64,000 bases of DNA from positions 10,556 to 74,555 of the forward strand of contig JAAYVN010000041.1 of the NCBI GenBank assembly GCA_012517155.1, read 5' to 3'. This DNA comes from Ignavibacteriales bacterium (GTDB lineage: Bacteria; Bacteroidota; Ignavibacteria; Ignavibacteriales; Ignavibacteriaceae). Shown here piece by piece: positions 1 through 8,451 of the stretch. The notes under the pieces are model-generated. The model searched no databases. It saw only the letters and a list, made by a program, of their open reading frames with translations, and had not been told where the DNA came from. The first letter of the stretch is position 1. Each line of letters opens with the position of its first letter. Position numbers and translations under genes: made by a program.

Positions 1-263
1 AAAACATTGATTTTCCCACGTTTAAAAAATTTGAAACCAATTTTATCCCGGATACATGTGATTTGAAGCACTAATAAATAAGTTAATTAAAAAATACCTG
101 AATATAATATCCTTAAATCGGTTAGGGTATAGCCTTACTTGCTATGAAAGAAAATATCAAATTATGCAAAAAAAAAACGGTTCTTTTAATAACATTTTCC
201 TTTACTCCAGATTTTTCAACTTTTTCCTAATTCCAGCCCCTTCATCCCCCTCTCCCTTCGATA

Positions 264-319
264 TGAATACGTAGTGAATACGTACTGAATACGTACTAAA
301 GCCGTGGTGAATACGTACT
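264..319. repeat. Four copies of the 11-12 nt motif TGAATACGTA(C/G)T with a palindromic TACGTA core. Three are tandem at 264-297 and one is at 308-319.
   Basis: Read directly: tgaatacgtag / tgaatacgtac / tgaatacgtact, then gtgaatacgtact. The reverse complement of the same 12-mer occurs at 59560-59571. Confidence 0.8.
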
Positions 320-367
320 AAATTCGATCAGAATATCTTTTTACTCCCCTCTCACCCCTTATACAAT

Positions 368-478
368 TAACGAAAAAAGCCCTGATCTCTCAAGGCTCTT
401 AATTTTACTAGCGGGGCCGACAAGACTTCCCGATCCTCGGGACGACCTCCTGCTCCCTATTCTAGCACTAAGCCTTAC
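368..478 (-). repeat. Repeat unit A: terminator-like hairpin plus a pseudo-copy of the tRNA-Asp 3' half
   Basis: About 110 nt, near-identical to 821-929. Positions 411-453 match the 3' part of the tRNA-Asp at 976-1050 (gcggggccgac.agact ... gacctcctgc), but the T-arm is replaced by the hairpin cccgatcctcggg. Confidence 0.85.
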
Positions 479-560
479 TAAACGAAAAAAGCCCTGATCT
501 CTCAAGGCTCTTAATTTTCTGCGGGGCAGACGAGACTTCCCGATCCTCGGGACGACCTCC
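479..560 (-). repeat. Repeat unit B, truncated at GACCTCC where the GIY-YIG gene begins
   Basis: Same sequence as units A and C from aacgaaaaaagccctgatctctcaaggctcttaatttt through gacgacctcc. It ends at 560, which overlaps the stop codon (cta, 560-562) of the ORF at 560..799. Confidence 0.85.
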
Positions 561-799
561 TATTTTTTCAGTGACTCTATGTAGGATCTACTTTTTTTCC
601 TCTTAATCTCATTTTCTCTTTTCATTGCATCACTTTTTGAAGAAAATTCTTCAAAGTACACTATTTCCCAATCATTGGCTTGCGACGTAAATCGTGTCGT
701 ACCACTGTTATGTCGAAAAATCCTCATTTCCAGGTTTTCTGTGTGCCCCACATAATACTTGTCCACAGATATTGAGTAAATGACATATGTATAGAACAT
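560..799 (-). CDS. Small stand-alone GIY-YIG (URI-domain) nuclease family protein
   Basis: 79-aa ORF. The N-terminus YTYVIYS...KYYVGHTENLEMRIFRHN fits the GIY-(X10)-YIG ... R ... H/N pattern. The gene is flanked by direct repeat units B and C. Confidence 0.8.
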   Translation of the reverse strand: MFYTYVIYSISVDKYYVGHTENLEMRIFRHNSGTTRFTSQANDWEIVYFEEFSSKSDAMKRENEIKRKKSRSYIESLKK

Positions 800-820
800 T
801 ATTCGAACTTTCTCATGTAA

Positions 821-929
821 TAACGAAAAAAGCCCTGATCTCTCAAGGCTCTTAATTTTCTGCGGGGCCGACGAGACTTCCCGATCCTCGGGACGACCTC
901 CTGCTCCCTATTCTAGCACTAAGCCTTAC
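821..929 (-). repeat. Repeat unit C: terminator-like hairpin plus a pseudo-copy of the tRNA-Asp 3' half
   Basis: Near-identical to 368-478. The tRNA-homologous segment is 862-904. Confidence 0.85.
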
Positions 930-935
930 TAAACG

Positions 936-961
936 AAAAAAGCCTCGAAAATCTTCAAGGC
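936..961 (-). terminator. Rho-independent terminator downstream of tRNA-Asp
   Basis: Hairpin gcctcgaa-aatc-ttcaaggc (942-961, one mismatch), followed on the minus strand by a T6 run (936-941). Confidence 0.65.
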
Positions 962-975
962 TTTCTTTTTACTAG

Positions 976-1050
976 CGGGGCCGACGAGACTCGAACTCGC
1001 GACCTCCTGCGTGACAGGCAGGCGTTCTAACCAAACTGAACTACGACCCC
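976..1050 (-). tRNA. tRNA-Asp (anticodon GTC)
   Basis: The reverse complement folds as a 75-nt cloverleaf: GGGGTCG TA GTTC AGTTTGGTTA GAAC G CCTGC CTGTCAC GCAGG AGGTC GCGAG TTCGAGT CTCGT CGGCCCC G. CCA is not encoded. Confidence 0.95.
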
Positions 1051-1292
1051 GTATAAAATACTAAATTAACTCTTGATTTTCTCGAAATTGTCGGGACTTT
1101 CAAACTAGAATTAAATACTACTCTAAAAAGTTAATTTCATAAATTTAGCCTACAAAGATAATACTTTTTCTCTTTTCTGTCAAATTCTTTTTCGAATTTT
1201 TTTATTTCTTTTTTAATTCCTTTTTTATATTTTAATTCCTGGATTTTGGTTCTTTGTTCGAAATTTATAGGTTTTTTCTAAAATAAATTAAA

Positions 1293-1853
1293 ATGCTCAA
1301 ATCAGAAAGACTGTCAAAGGATTTCTTTACAACTTTTATGGCTTCCGGCTCTCTGAATCAGGAACCTCCCCTCTCTATTACCCTTTGTAGTAATACCTCT
1401 CTTCTGAAACTCATTCATGACGATATGAAATCTGTCTATCCGGATAACAGAGTGGTTTTCGCAATAAAGGATGCAAGGAACTTTCTTTTTAAGATAGATG
1501 AGGATCTGCTGAGAATTTTTTTTGTAGGTTTTCTTAAGCTAATGGAAACTGTTGATTCGAATCATTTTTCTATTGCATTTTCTTCTTCAGTCATTAAGGA
1601 AAACCTGCTATTCTCATTCCATTTTCCGCTTAAACTGAACGAGCATATCATAAGTCTTTTAAATACCAAAAAGCTGATTATAATGGACAACTCGGATAAA
1701 TCCCTTTTTTCTTCTTTTTTTGTTTCCGGTTTGAACATCTTAGAAAAGCATTTCGGAATGAAATTTACTCTGGCTGAAGACCTGACTAGTATTGTTTTTT
1801 CCTTTCCTGTAAAAAATCACATGATTGATGACGGTCACATCACTCTGGATTAA
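1293..1853 (+). CDS. Hypothetical protein, possibly a degenerate stand-alone GHKL/HATPase-like domain
   Basis: 186-aa ORF, 41 nt upstream of the caspase operon. The C-terminal GLNILEKHFGMKFTL...IVFSFPV loosely resembles the end of a histidine-kinase ATPase domain. No H-box or signal peptide. Confidence 0.45.
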   Translation: MLKSERLSKDFFTTFMASGSLNQEPPLSITLCSNTSLLKLIHDDMKSVYPDNRVVFAIKDARNFLFKIDEDLLRIFFVGFLKLMETVDSNHFSIAFSSSVIKENLLFSFHFPLKLNEHIISLLNTKKLIIMDNSDKSLFSSFFVSGLNILEKHFGMKFTLAEDLTSIVFSFPVKNHMIDDGHITLD

Positions 1854-1893
1854 TTATGTGTATATTTAATAGTAAATAAATTGCGAGTGTGTT

Positions 1894-2238
1894 ATGAAAA
1901 AAAATAGTTTATTTTTTGTAATCTTCCTTCTCTTAAGCATATCTCTTTTGCCTCAAAATGATTTTGGATTGAGTGAGATTTTTTCAATGGACGTAAGCAC
2001 CGGGAAAATAACTTCCGCTCATGTCCTTCCTGGAAATACTGAATTTATATTAACCGGGGATGATGGTTATATTCGTCAATTTAGTTTAACAAATGGCAAA
2101 GAACTCTTTAGTATGAATATTTCTCCGGCAGGAATTGTTTCTGGCGTCTTGATGGACTCAACTCTTTATGCAATCACTAAAGATAATAAACTCCTTTTCA
2201 TTTCCATTGCCCCCGTTACCCTGCTTCGATCTATTTAA
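1894..2238 (+). CDS. N-terminal fragment (signal peptide plus first WD40-like blades) of the WD40-caspase protein, ending at an in-frame TAA
   Basis: Sec-type leader MKKNSLFFVIFLLLSISLLPQ. Same reading frame as 2293..3918. The 54 nt between the stop and the next ATG also read as WD40-like sequence. Confidence 0.7.
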   Translation: MKKNSLFFVIFLLLSISLLPQNDFGLSEIFSMDVSTGKITSAHVLPGNTEFILTGDDGYIRQFSLTNGKELFSMNISPAGIVSGVLMDSTLYAITKDNKLLFISIAPVTLLRSI

Positions 2239-2292
2239 TTATATAATTCCCCAGGCTGCATTGCTCCGGGAACTGATGAAATATTTATTGGT

Positions 2293-3918
2293 ATGAATGA
2301 TGGTTCTATTAAACGATATGACCTTACGACTGGAATCTCTGACTCCCTGTTTTTAACCCATATCTCTCCTGTCACAGCAATGGTCAAGGATGTCAACAGA
2401 AATTATTTGATCAGTGCCGGTACGGATAATAATATCAAACTTTATGACCTCACTCAGAGAAATGAGATAGGAAAGATGATGGGGACAAGTAATTCAAAAG
2501 CTAATTCCTTAATCCTTTCTTCAGATGGTTCAACTCTCATTTCGGCACATGACGATAATATGATTAAAATCTGGAGCATGAATGAAACCCGCCAAATAAA
2601 GAATATTAATGAACATAATTTACCGGTTTACAAAATCTTGTTTAGTCACGACAACAGCTTCTTTCTCTCCGGCGGCGAAGATAAAATAATGCACATATGG
2701 AGTGCATATAGTTATAATCTGCTCAAATCCACTGGCTTAAAGGAGGGACCTCTAACCAACGCTGTTCTTTCACAGGACGATAAATTCCTCGTAGCAACTA
2801 TTTCTCCAAATATTATCAAGGTATTTGAAGTTTCAAATGGCTCAACAATGTTAGCTGGCAATCTCAGCACGCTCAAACGTTCCAATCTTACGCTTAGCGA
2901 TAAAATAATAATTGAAATTACTGAACCTAAATCATCACGAGGATTAAAGATTAGCGGTGCGTCTAATACCATAACTGTCTCCGGAAGAATTATTAGTCCT
3001 GCTCCAATAAATTCTCTTAGCATCAATGAAACGGATTTCGACTTCAATACCGATAACACATTTAGTTGTCAGGTTAATTTATCACTTGGTCACGGGAAAT
3101 TACTTGTACGGGCAATAGATATTAACAACAACTATAATGAAAAGGAAATCGATATTGCTGGAGATATAACCCTCAATAATTCTAATACCGATCTCTCCCA
3201 GGTTGCAGCCGGAAGTAAGTTTTACGCAATTTTAATCGGTGTCGACCAGTATAAAGATAAAAAAATCCCGACTTTAAGTAATCCAAGCAAGGATGCTTCT
3301 AAACTCAAGGATATCCTTACTAAACGATATACTTTTGACAAGGATAACGTTGTTCTCTTAAAGAATCCCTCCAGGGCTGAATTGCTTGCCGCTTTAGGCG
3401 ATTTGCGGAAAAAGATTTCGGAAGAGGATAATTTCTTGATCTTTTATGCCGGACATGGTTTCTGGGACAAAGAGATAAGTCAGGGTTATTGGCTGCCAAG
3501 TGATGCTGAAAAAGACAACCGGGCAAATTGGATCTCAAATGGTGACCTCAGAGATAATATCCGTGGTATTAAATCAAAACATACTCTGCTTATCTCTGAC
3601 GCTTGTTTCAGCGGTGGAATATTTAAAACAAGAGCCATTCTCGATGATGCCCCCCCATCAGTAGCGGAAGTATATAAGATGACCAGCAGAAAAGGAATGA
3701 CCAGCGGTACTTTAACAGAAGTGCCGGATGAATCCCCTTTCTTAAAGTATCTTGTAAAAAGATTAAATGAGAATAATCAAAAATATCTGCCTGCGGAAAT
3801 CTTGTTCACTTCACTTAAAACCGCAGTAATTAATAATAGCAAACAGGTCCCCCAATATGGCGAAATACAGGACGCCGGCGACGAGGGAGGAGACTTTATT
3901 TTTATCCTGAAAAGATAA
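2293..3918 (+). CDS. WD40-repeat protein with a C-terminal peptidase C14 (caspase-like) domain
   Basis: WD40 blade endings DNNIKLYDL, DDNMIKIWSM, EDKIMHIWSA. Caspase p20-like core YAILIGVDQY...LIFYAGHG (His codon 3454-3456) and LLISDACFSGG (Cys codon 3604-3606). Confidence 0.85.
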   Translation: MNDGSIKRYDLTTGISDSLFLTHISPVTAMVKDVNRNYLISAGTDNNIKLYDLTQRNEIGKMMGTSNSKANSLILSSDGSTLISAHDDNMIKIWSMNETRQIKNINEHNLPVYKILFSHDNSFFLSGGEDKIMHIWSAYSYNLLKSTGLKEGPLTNAVLSQDDKFLVATISPNIIKVFEVSNGSTMLAGNLSTLKRSNLTLSDKIIIEITEPKSSRGLKISGASNTITVSGRIISPAPINSLSINETDFDFNTDNTFSCQVNLSLGHGKLLVRAIDINNNYNEKEIDIAGDITLNNSNTDLSQVAAGSKFYAILIGVDQYKDKKIPTLSNPSKDASKLKDILTKRYTFDKDNVVLLKNPSRAELLAALGDLRKKISEEDNFLIFYAGHGFWDKEISQGYWLPSDAEKDNRANWISNGDLRDNIRGIKSKHTLLISDACFSGGIFKTRAILDDAPPSVAEVYKMTSRKGMTSGTLTEVPDESPFLKYLVKRLNENNQKYLPAEILFTSLKTAVINNSKQVPQYGEIQDAGDEGGDFIFILKR

Positions 3919-3935
3919 TTTATAGGAGCAATAAA

Positions 3936-4532
3936 ATGAAATATATAATATTTTTGATCACCGTTTTTTTTCTCTCAAGCGGATTAACGAGTGGTCAGTC
4001 AACTAAAGCCAGATTTGGAATCTTGCTGAAAAATGGCGATCAGCACACTCGCATCAAATCTAATGATCGCGCAAAAGTTAACGACAAATTTAAGATTGTG
4101 ATTCAGGCACTGAACGATTCTTATAATTACGTCCTTTATTCTGACGGTACGGAAACATTACTCCTTAATTCTAAAAAACAGTCAAAGTTGAAAACAAATG
4201 ACAGATTAATACTTCCCGGTAAAAGTGATTACTATGAATTCGATGATCAGAATTCCAAGGCATTTCTGTATGTCATAAATTCAAAAAAACCGGTAAAAGA
4301 AATTGATAATCTTTTTGCTTCAGGTAACTCAGTAAGTAGCACAAAATGGAAAGCCGTTGAAGATAAAATTATTAAATCCATAAAGTCGGATTTAAATGAT
4401 AATTCGGATCAGCCTATTTCAATTGCTGGGAATGTTCGCAGTCTTGAAGATGATAAACTTGATAAACTCCTTCAGACTTTTTCTGATAAAAAAATGATTT
4501 TCAAAAAATATCAAATTGAAATTAAGAAGTAA
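3936..4532 (+). CDS. Exported DUF4384-like protein
   Basis: Signal peptide. KFKIVIQALNDSYNYVLYSDGTETLLLNS...RLILPG resembles DUF4384, a domain usually found with caspase/CHAT proteins. SD aggag lies upstream. Confidence 0.6.
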   Translation: MKYIIFLITVFFLSSGLTSGQSTKARFGILLKNGDQHTRIKSNDRAKVNDKFKIVIQALNDSYNYVLYSDGTETLLLNSKKQSKLKTNDRLILPGKSDYYEFDDQNSKAFLYVINSKKPVKEIDNLFASGNSVSSTKWKAVEDKIIKSIKSDLNDNSDQPISIAGNVRSLEDDKLDKLLQTFSDKKMIFKKYQIEIKK

Positions 4533-6702
4533 AAAACTCCTCTATCCACTTTTATCTATAAATTTGGCGGCAGGCGCAATCCTAGCGCTTGCCTTTTTTA
4601 TTTTCAATATAACCTGGAATACCACAGATTACAAAATCCTTGACTTGTATTACTCACTTGCGCTTGAAAAAGGCTATGGTCCCCAAATCAGTCCTCGCAT
4701 TGTCCACTTGAATATATCCAACAAGACATATGAGTATTTTGGGAAAAACTATCTTGATAGAGGCTTTTTAGCCAATGCTAACAATATTCTGACAGAACTA
4801 TCCCCCCAGGCATGCATGTTTGATCTGATTTTTGTCCATCCAAGTAATCCTCACGACGACAGCCTGTTTCAAAAATCACTTGAAAATGCTCCCCATTTCT
4901 ATCTTCCGGTTGGTATGAAACTTTCTGAAACCACACATTCTTTTAAGTGGGAAGAAGGACCTTATTTTGATAAGCTCAGAGATAACTTCTTGATGAAAAT
5001 CCAGGAAATAGGTGAAGGCAAACCGTATTACTCCCTCTATGGGCAAAGCCAAAATCCAATGTTCGCTGAAGTGATTGAAAACTCAGGCCATATTTCATCG
5101 GTCCCCGACAATGATGGGGTTTACCGGCATTACCCGCTGCTGATAAAAGTTGATTCCTTATTTCTTCCAACTGCCACATTATCAATTTTTCTTAATTATA
5201 ATAATATCCCTGCAGAAAGTCTCCGCATTTTCTGGGGGGATAAAATAATAATTCCTAAAACTGCGGACAGCTATCTGGACAAAGAAGTGATTATACCTAT
5301 TGACTATAAAGGACGCTGCTACATCCCCTATCCCGACAGATGGCAGGATAGTCTGAAACGGATTGAGATGCAGAACTTTGTAGAGCGATACGGAAATGAG
5401 GAAGAATTTGATGAAATGACTGAGATTTTTGAAGGCAATTTTGTTTTTGTCGGTGATATCTCCACGGGTATAGCGGACCTTGGACATACTCCCTTACAGC
5501 ATGATGTTCCCCTGGTTGCCGTTCACTCCGCTTTAATGAATGCTTTTTTAACAAACTCCTTCTATCGTGAAATACACTCTGAGATAATCTTTTACATTAT
5601 TGCAGTATTTTTATTATTGCTCTCGCTGGCTTTACTTCTGAAATCAAATAATTTTATCTATACTTTCGAAGTGGCCGCACTTCTTATACTTGTAATTACC
5701 ACATACTTATTTATTAAAGTTCACTTGCTTATTCCAATATTCTCCATATTCCTGGTAATTTCAATTTTAAGTTTTGTCAGTATTCTTTCCCTTCAGATAA
5801 TTAGTACAAAAGAAGAAAAATTTATTAAAAATGCTTTCTCAAAATACTTGCCGGCAAAAGTGGTGGATAAACTTGTTGATAATCCTCAATTACTCCAGCT
5901 TGGTGGTGAGGAAAGAACACTCTCTTTACTCTTTTCCGATATTGTAGGCTTCACGACTATTTCCGAATCTCTTCAACCAAAAATCCTTGTTCAACTACTA
6001 AACGAGTATCTGACGCGAATGACGGACATCGTTTTTGAAAATTCCGGAATTATTGACAAATATATCGGGGATGCCATACTAGCAGAATTTGGAGCACCTG
6101 TATTTAATGAGAAACATCCGGACCTGGCTGTTTCCACTGCTATATCTATGCAAAAGGAACTTCTAAGATTAAATAATGACTGGAAAAATCTTTATGGAAC
6201 TTCTATAAAAGCAAGAGTTGGGATTAATACGGGTAAGGTAATCATTGGTAATATGGGCAGTCGTCAAATGTTTGATTATACGGTTATAGGTGATTCTGTG
6301 AATCTGGCTGCCCGGCTTGAAAGCGTCAACAAAAAATATTCAACCTCCATTCTGATTTCCGAGTCTACTTATGATGCGCTAAAAATGAACACTTATCTCA
6401 TACGACCCGTGGATGTTATAGTAGTCAAGGGTAAAACAAAACCGGTGAAAATATTTGAAGTTGCAGGATTCTTAACAGATTTTTCGGGCAATTACAAACT
6501 TGAATTGTTTGAAAACTATTCTATAGCCTTTGAGAAATTCCTGAATCGTGATTTTGAGAATGCAACCAGGATACTTAATAACCTGGCATTAGCTCATCCC
6601 GATGATATTCCAACCAGTCTCTTGATTGATCGTATCGCAAAAATAGATACCTCCAAAATTGATGATTCCTGGGATGGTTCCCTCGAACTAACCGAAAAAT
6701 AG
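4516..6702 (+). CDS. CHASE2 sensor domain-containing class III adenylate/guanylate cyclase
   Basis: N-terminal TM, extracytoplasmic CHASE2-like region (...FVFVGDISTGIADLGHTPL...), a TM bundle, then cyclase motifs LFSDIVGFTTISE, GDAILAEFGAP, RVGINTGKVIIGNMGS, YTVIGDSVNLAARLES. Confidence 0.9.
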   Translation: MKLRSKKLLYPLLSINLAAGAILALAFFIFNITWNTTDYKILDLYYSLALEKGYGPQISPRIVHLNISNKTYEYFGKNYLDRGFLANANNILTELSPQACMFDLIFVHPSNPHDDSLFQKSLENAPHFYLPVGMKLSETTHSFKWEEGPYFDKLRDNFLMKIQEIGEGKPYYSLYGQSQNPMFAEVIENSGHISSVPDNDGVYRHYPLLIKVDSLFLPTATLSIFLNYNNIPAESLRIFWGDKIIIPKTADSYLDKEVIIPIDYKGRCYIPYPDRWQDSLKRIEMQNFVERYGNEEEFDEMTEIFEGNFVFVGDISTGIADLGHTPLQHDVPLVAVHSALMNAFLTNSFYREIHSEIIFYIIAVFLLLLSLALLLKSNNFIYTFEVAALLILVITTYLFIKVHLLIPIFSIFLVISILSFVSILSLQIISTKEEKFIKNAFSKYLPAKVVDKLVDNPQLLQLGGEERTLSLLFSDIVGFTTISESLQPKILVQLLNEYLTRMTDIVFENSGIIDKYIGDAILAEFGAPVFNEKHPDLAVSTAISMQKELLRLNNDWKNLYGTSIKARVGINTGKVIIGNMGSRQMFDYTVIGDSVNLAARLESVNKKYSTSILISESTYDALKMNTYLIRPVDVIVVKGKTKPVKIFEVAGFLTDFSGNYKLELFENYSIAFEKFLNRDFENATRILNNLALAHPDDIPTSLLIDRIAKIDTSKIDDSWDGSLELTEK

Positions 6703-6776
6703 TTACTGCGTATTAATTTATTTTGAAAAAACAATCATTTGTCATAAATTTCTAAAAACAATTCTAAGGTTTACTG

Positions 6777-7145
6777 ATGAAACTCAGATTTTTATTTTTT
6801 GCTTGGATTGCTATAGTTTATATAGGGACATCAACCTCATTTGCCCAGTCAACTATGGAGGTGGGCTATTTTTCATTTAATGAAGGAACTCCGGGTTACA
6901 CGCTTAATAATGGAGAGGGGGATAGATTTGTCCAACTGGAAATAAGGTTTACAAAAACCTTTAACTCAAAACCGGAAATAGTTTTTTCGATAGAGCAACT
7001 CGACTGTTCAATTGACGGCAATGTCAGGTATTCTGTTGAGAGTTCTTTGGTCACCCGGGAAAGTTTCCTGTTAAAGATAAAGACATGGCAGGATACACGA
7101 ATTTTTGCAATCCGTGGTAAATGGATCGCTATCTCTAATGATTAG
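6777..7145 (+). CDS. Small secreted protein, H-type-lectin-like domain
   Basis: Signal peptide. FTKTFNSKPEIVFSIEQLD...VTRESFLLKIKTWQDTRIFAIRGKWIAI resembles the H-type lectin fold signature. Its 3' end overlaps convergent glcF by 11 nt. Confidence 0.5.
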   Translation: MKLRFLFFAWIAIVYIGTSTSFAQSTMEVGYFSFNEGTPGYTLNNGEGDRFVQLEIRFTKTFNSKPEIVFSIEQLDCSIDGNVRYSVESSLVTRESFLLKIKTWQDTRIFAIRGKWIAISND

Positions 7146-8451
7146 ATTGATTTTCTTTCAGAGATTTACGCAATAAACTGACGGGGTGTATCACTTTTAC
7201 GGGGACATTAAATTTTTCAGCTCCATACTGGATTTGTCCCATACATCCCGGATTTCCGGTAACCACAGTATCTGCTCCTGTATTTTTAATATTTTCCATT
7301 TTTCGTTTCAGAAACTTCATCGAGTCTTCATACCTTACTACATTATAGATTCCTGCACTGCCACAGCACCACATTGACTCATCCAGCGGCTTGAGATCCA
7401 AACCCGGGATCTGATTTAACAGAGCCCGTGGCTCCTTTGTTATTTTTTGAGTATGGCACAAATGACATGCGTCATGATATGTAACCGTTTCTTTCACAGA
7501 ATTTAGCGGGGCTGTGATTCCTGCCATGTCAATGAACTCAGTTACTTCCTTAACTCTAGCAGACAGTACTTTCGCTCTTTCAGAGTAGTCAGGATCATCT
7601 TCAAAAATATGGGCATACTCTTTCATGTACGCAGCACAGCCGGCAGAGTTCGATACTATATAGTCAAACTTGTATTTTGAGAATTGGTCAATTGTCTTTT
7701 TCGCAAGATCCTTTGCGAGATCCAACTCACCATAATGTGCCATTAAAGAACCACAACATCCCTGATCAGGCGGACAGATTATTCTGCAGTTATTTCTTTT
7801 CAGCACTTCAACGGTATCCAGATTTATATCCGCGAAAGCCACATTCATTATGCAGCCGGTAGGAACAATAACATTATATCTGGCCTCGCCAACCGGTTCG
7901 GTAATTTCCTTTATCTGCGAGTCACTGAACACCTTTGAAATACGAGGAGTCATCTTATTCATTTCGACCATAATTTTAAGGGATTTGAACAGCCCGAAAA
8001 ACTTATTTGCCAGCCATTCAATACCAAAATTCTGATAGAAATACAAAAGTTTCCCGACTATTTTTATATTCAGCTTTGAACCGACCACATAATGCAGGGC
8101 AAATCTCTTAATATATCTGGCTCCAAAAGAGTCCTTGCCCGATTTAGTGATTATGTCTCTTGCGGCTTCTACCAGGGAACCATACTTAACACCGGCAGGG
8201 CACACGGTTTCACATGCCTGACAGTCAAGACAATAATTCATTTCATCAATGAATGTTTGGGTTATATCGAGTTTACCTTCTGCAAGTGATTTAATCAACC
8301 GGATTCTACCACGTGGTGAAGATCTTTCCAGAAAGTCAACGTTATAAGTTGGACAGGTGGATAAGCACATTCCGCAATGCATGCACTGAACGATTACATC
8401 ATCACCGGGCAATATACTTAAAAGTTTTTTTATGTTTATATCTTGAGACAT
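7135..8451 (-). CDS. glcF: (Fe-S)-binding oxidoreductase subunit, GlcF family (two 4Fe-4S motifs plus CCG domains)
   Basis: CMHCGMCLSTCP and CLDCQACETVCP ferredoxin motifs, followed by cysteine-rich CCG repeats (GCCGS, WCCGSAG). Confidence 0.9.
   Translation of the reverse strand: MSQDINIKKLLSILPGDDVIVQCMHCGMCLSTCPTYNVDFLERSSPRGRIRLIKSLAEGKLDITQTFIDEMNYCLDCQACETVCPAGVKYGSLVEAARDIITKSGKDSFGARYIKRFALHYVVGSKLNIKIVGKLLYFYQNFGIEWLANKFFGLFKSLKIMVEMNKMTPRISKVFSDSQIKEITEPVGEARYNVIVPTGCIMNVAFADINLDTVEVLKRNNCRIICPPDQGCCGSLMAHYGELDLAKDLAKKTIDQFSKYKFDYIVSNSAGCAAYMKEYAHIFEDDPDYSERAKVLSARVKEVTEFIDMAGITAPLNSVKETVTYHDACHLCHTQKITKEPRALLNQIPGLDLKPLDESMWCCGSAGIYNVVRYEDSMKFLKRKMENIKNTGADTVVTGNPGCMGQIQYGAEKFNVPVKVIHPVSLLRKSLKENQSNH

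Noticed and set aside
411-453. The tRNA-like segments in repeat units A, B and C as functional tRNA genes
   Set aside because: They contain only the acceptor 3' strand, an altered T-arm (3-nt loop hairpin) and the variable-region junction. No matching 5' acceptor strand, D-arm or anticodon arm precedes them.
1293-1853. The 186-aa protein as a gasdermin-like substrate of the neighbouring caspase
   Set aside because: It is too short and has no recognisable gasdermin N-terminal pattern. The caspase is predicted to be exported while this protein has no signal peptide.
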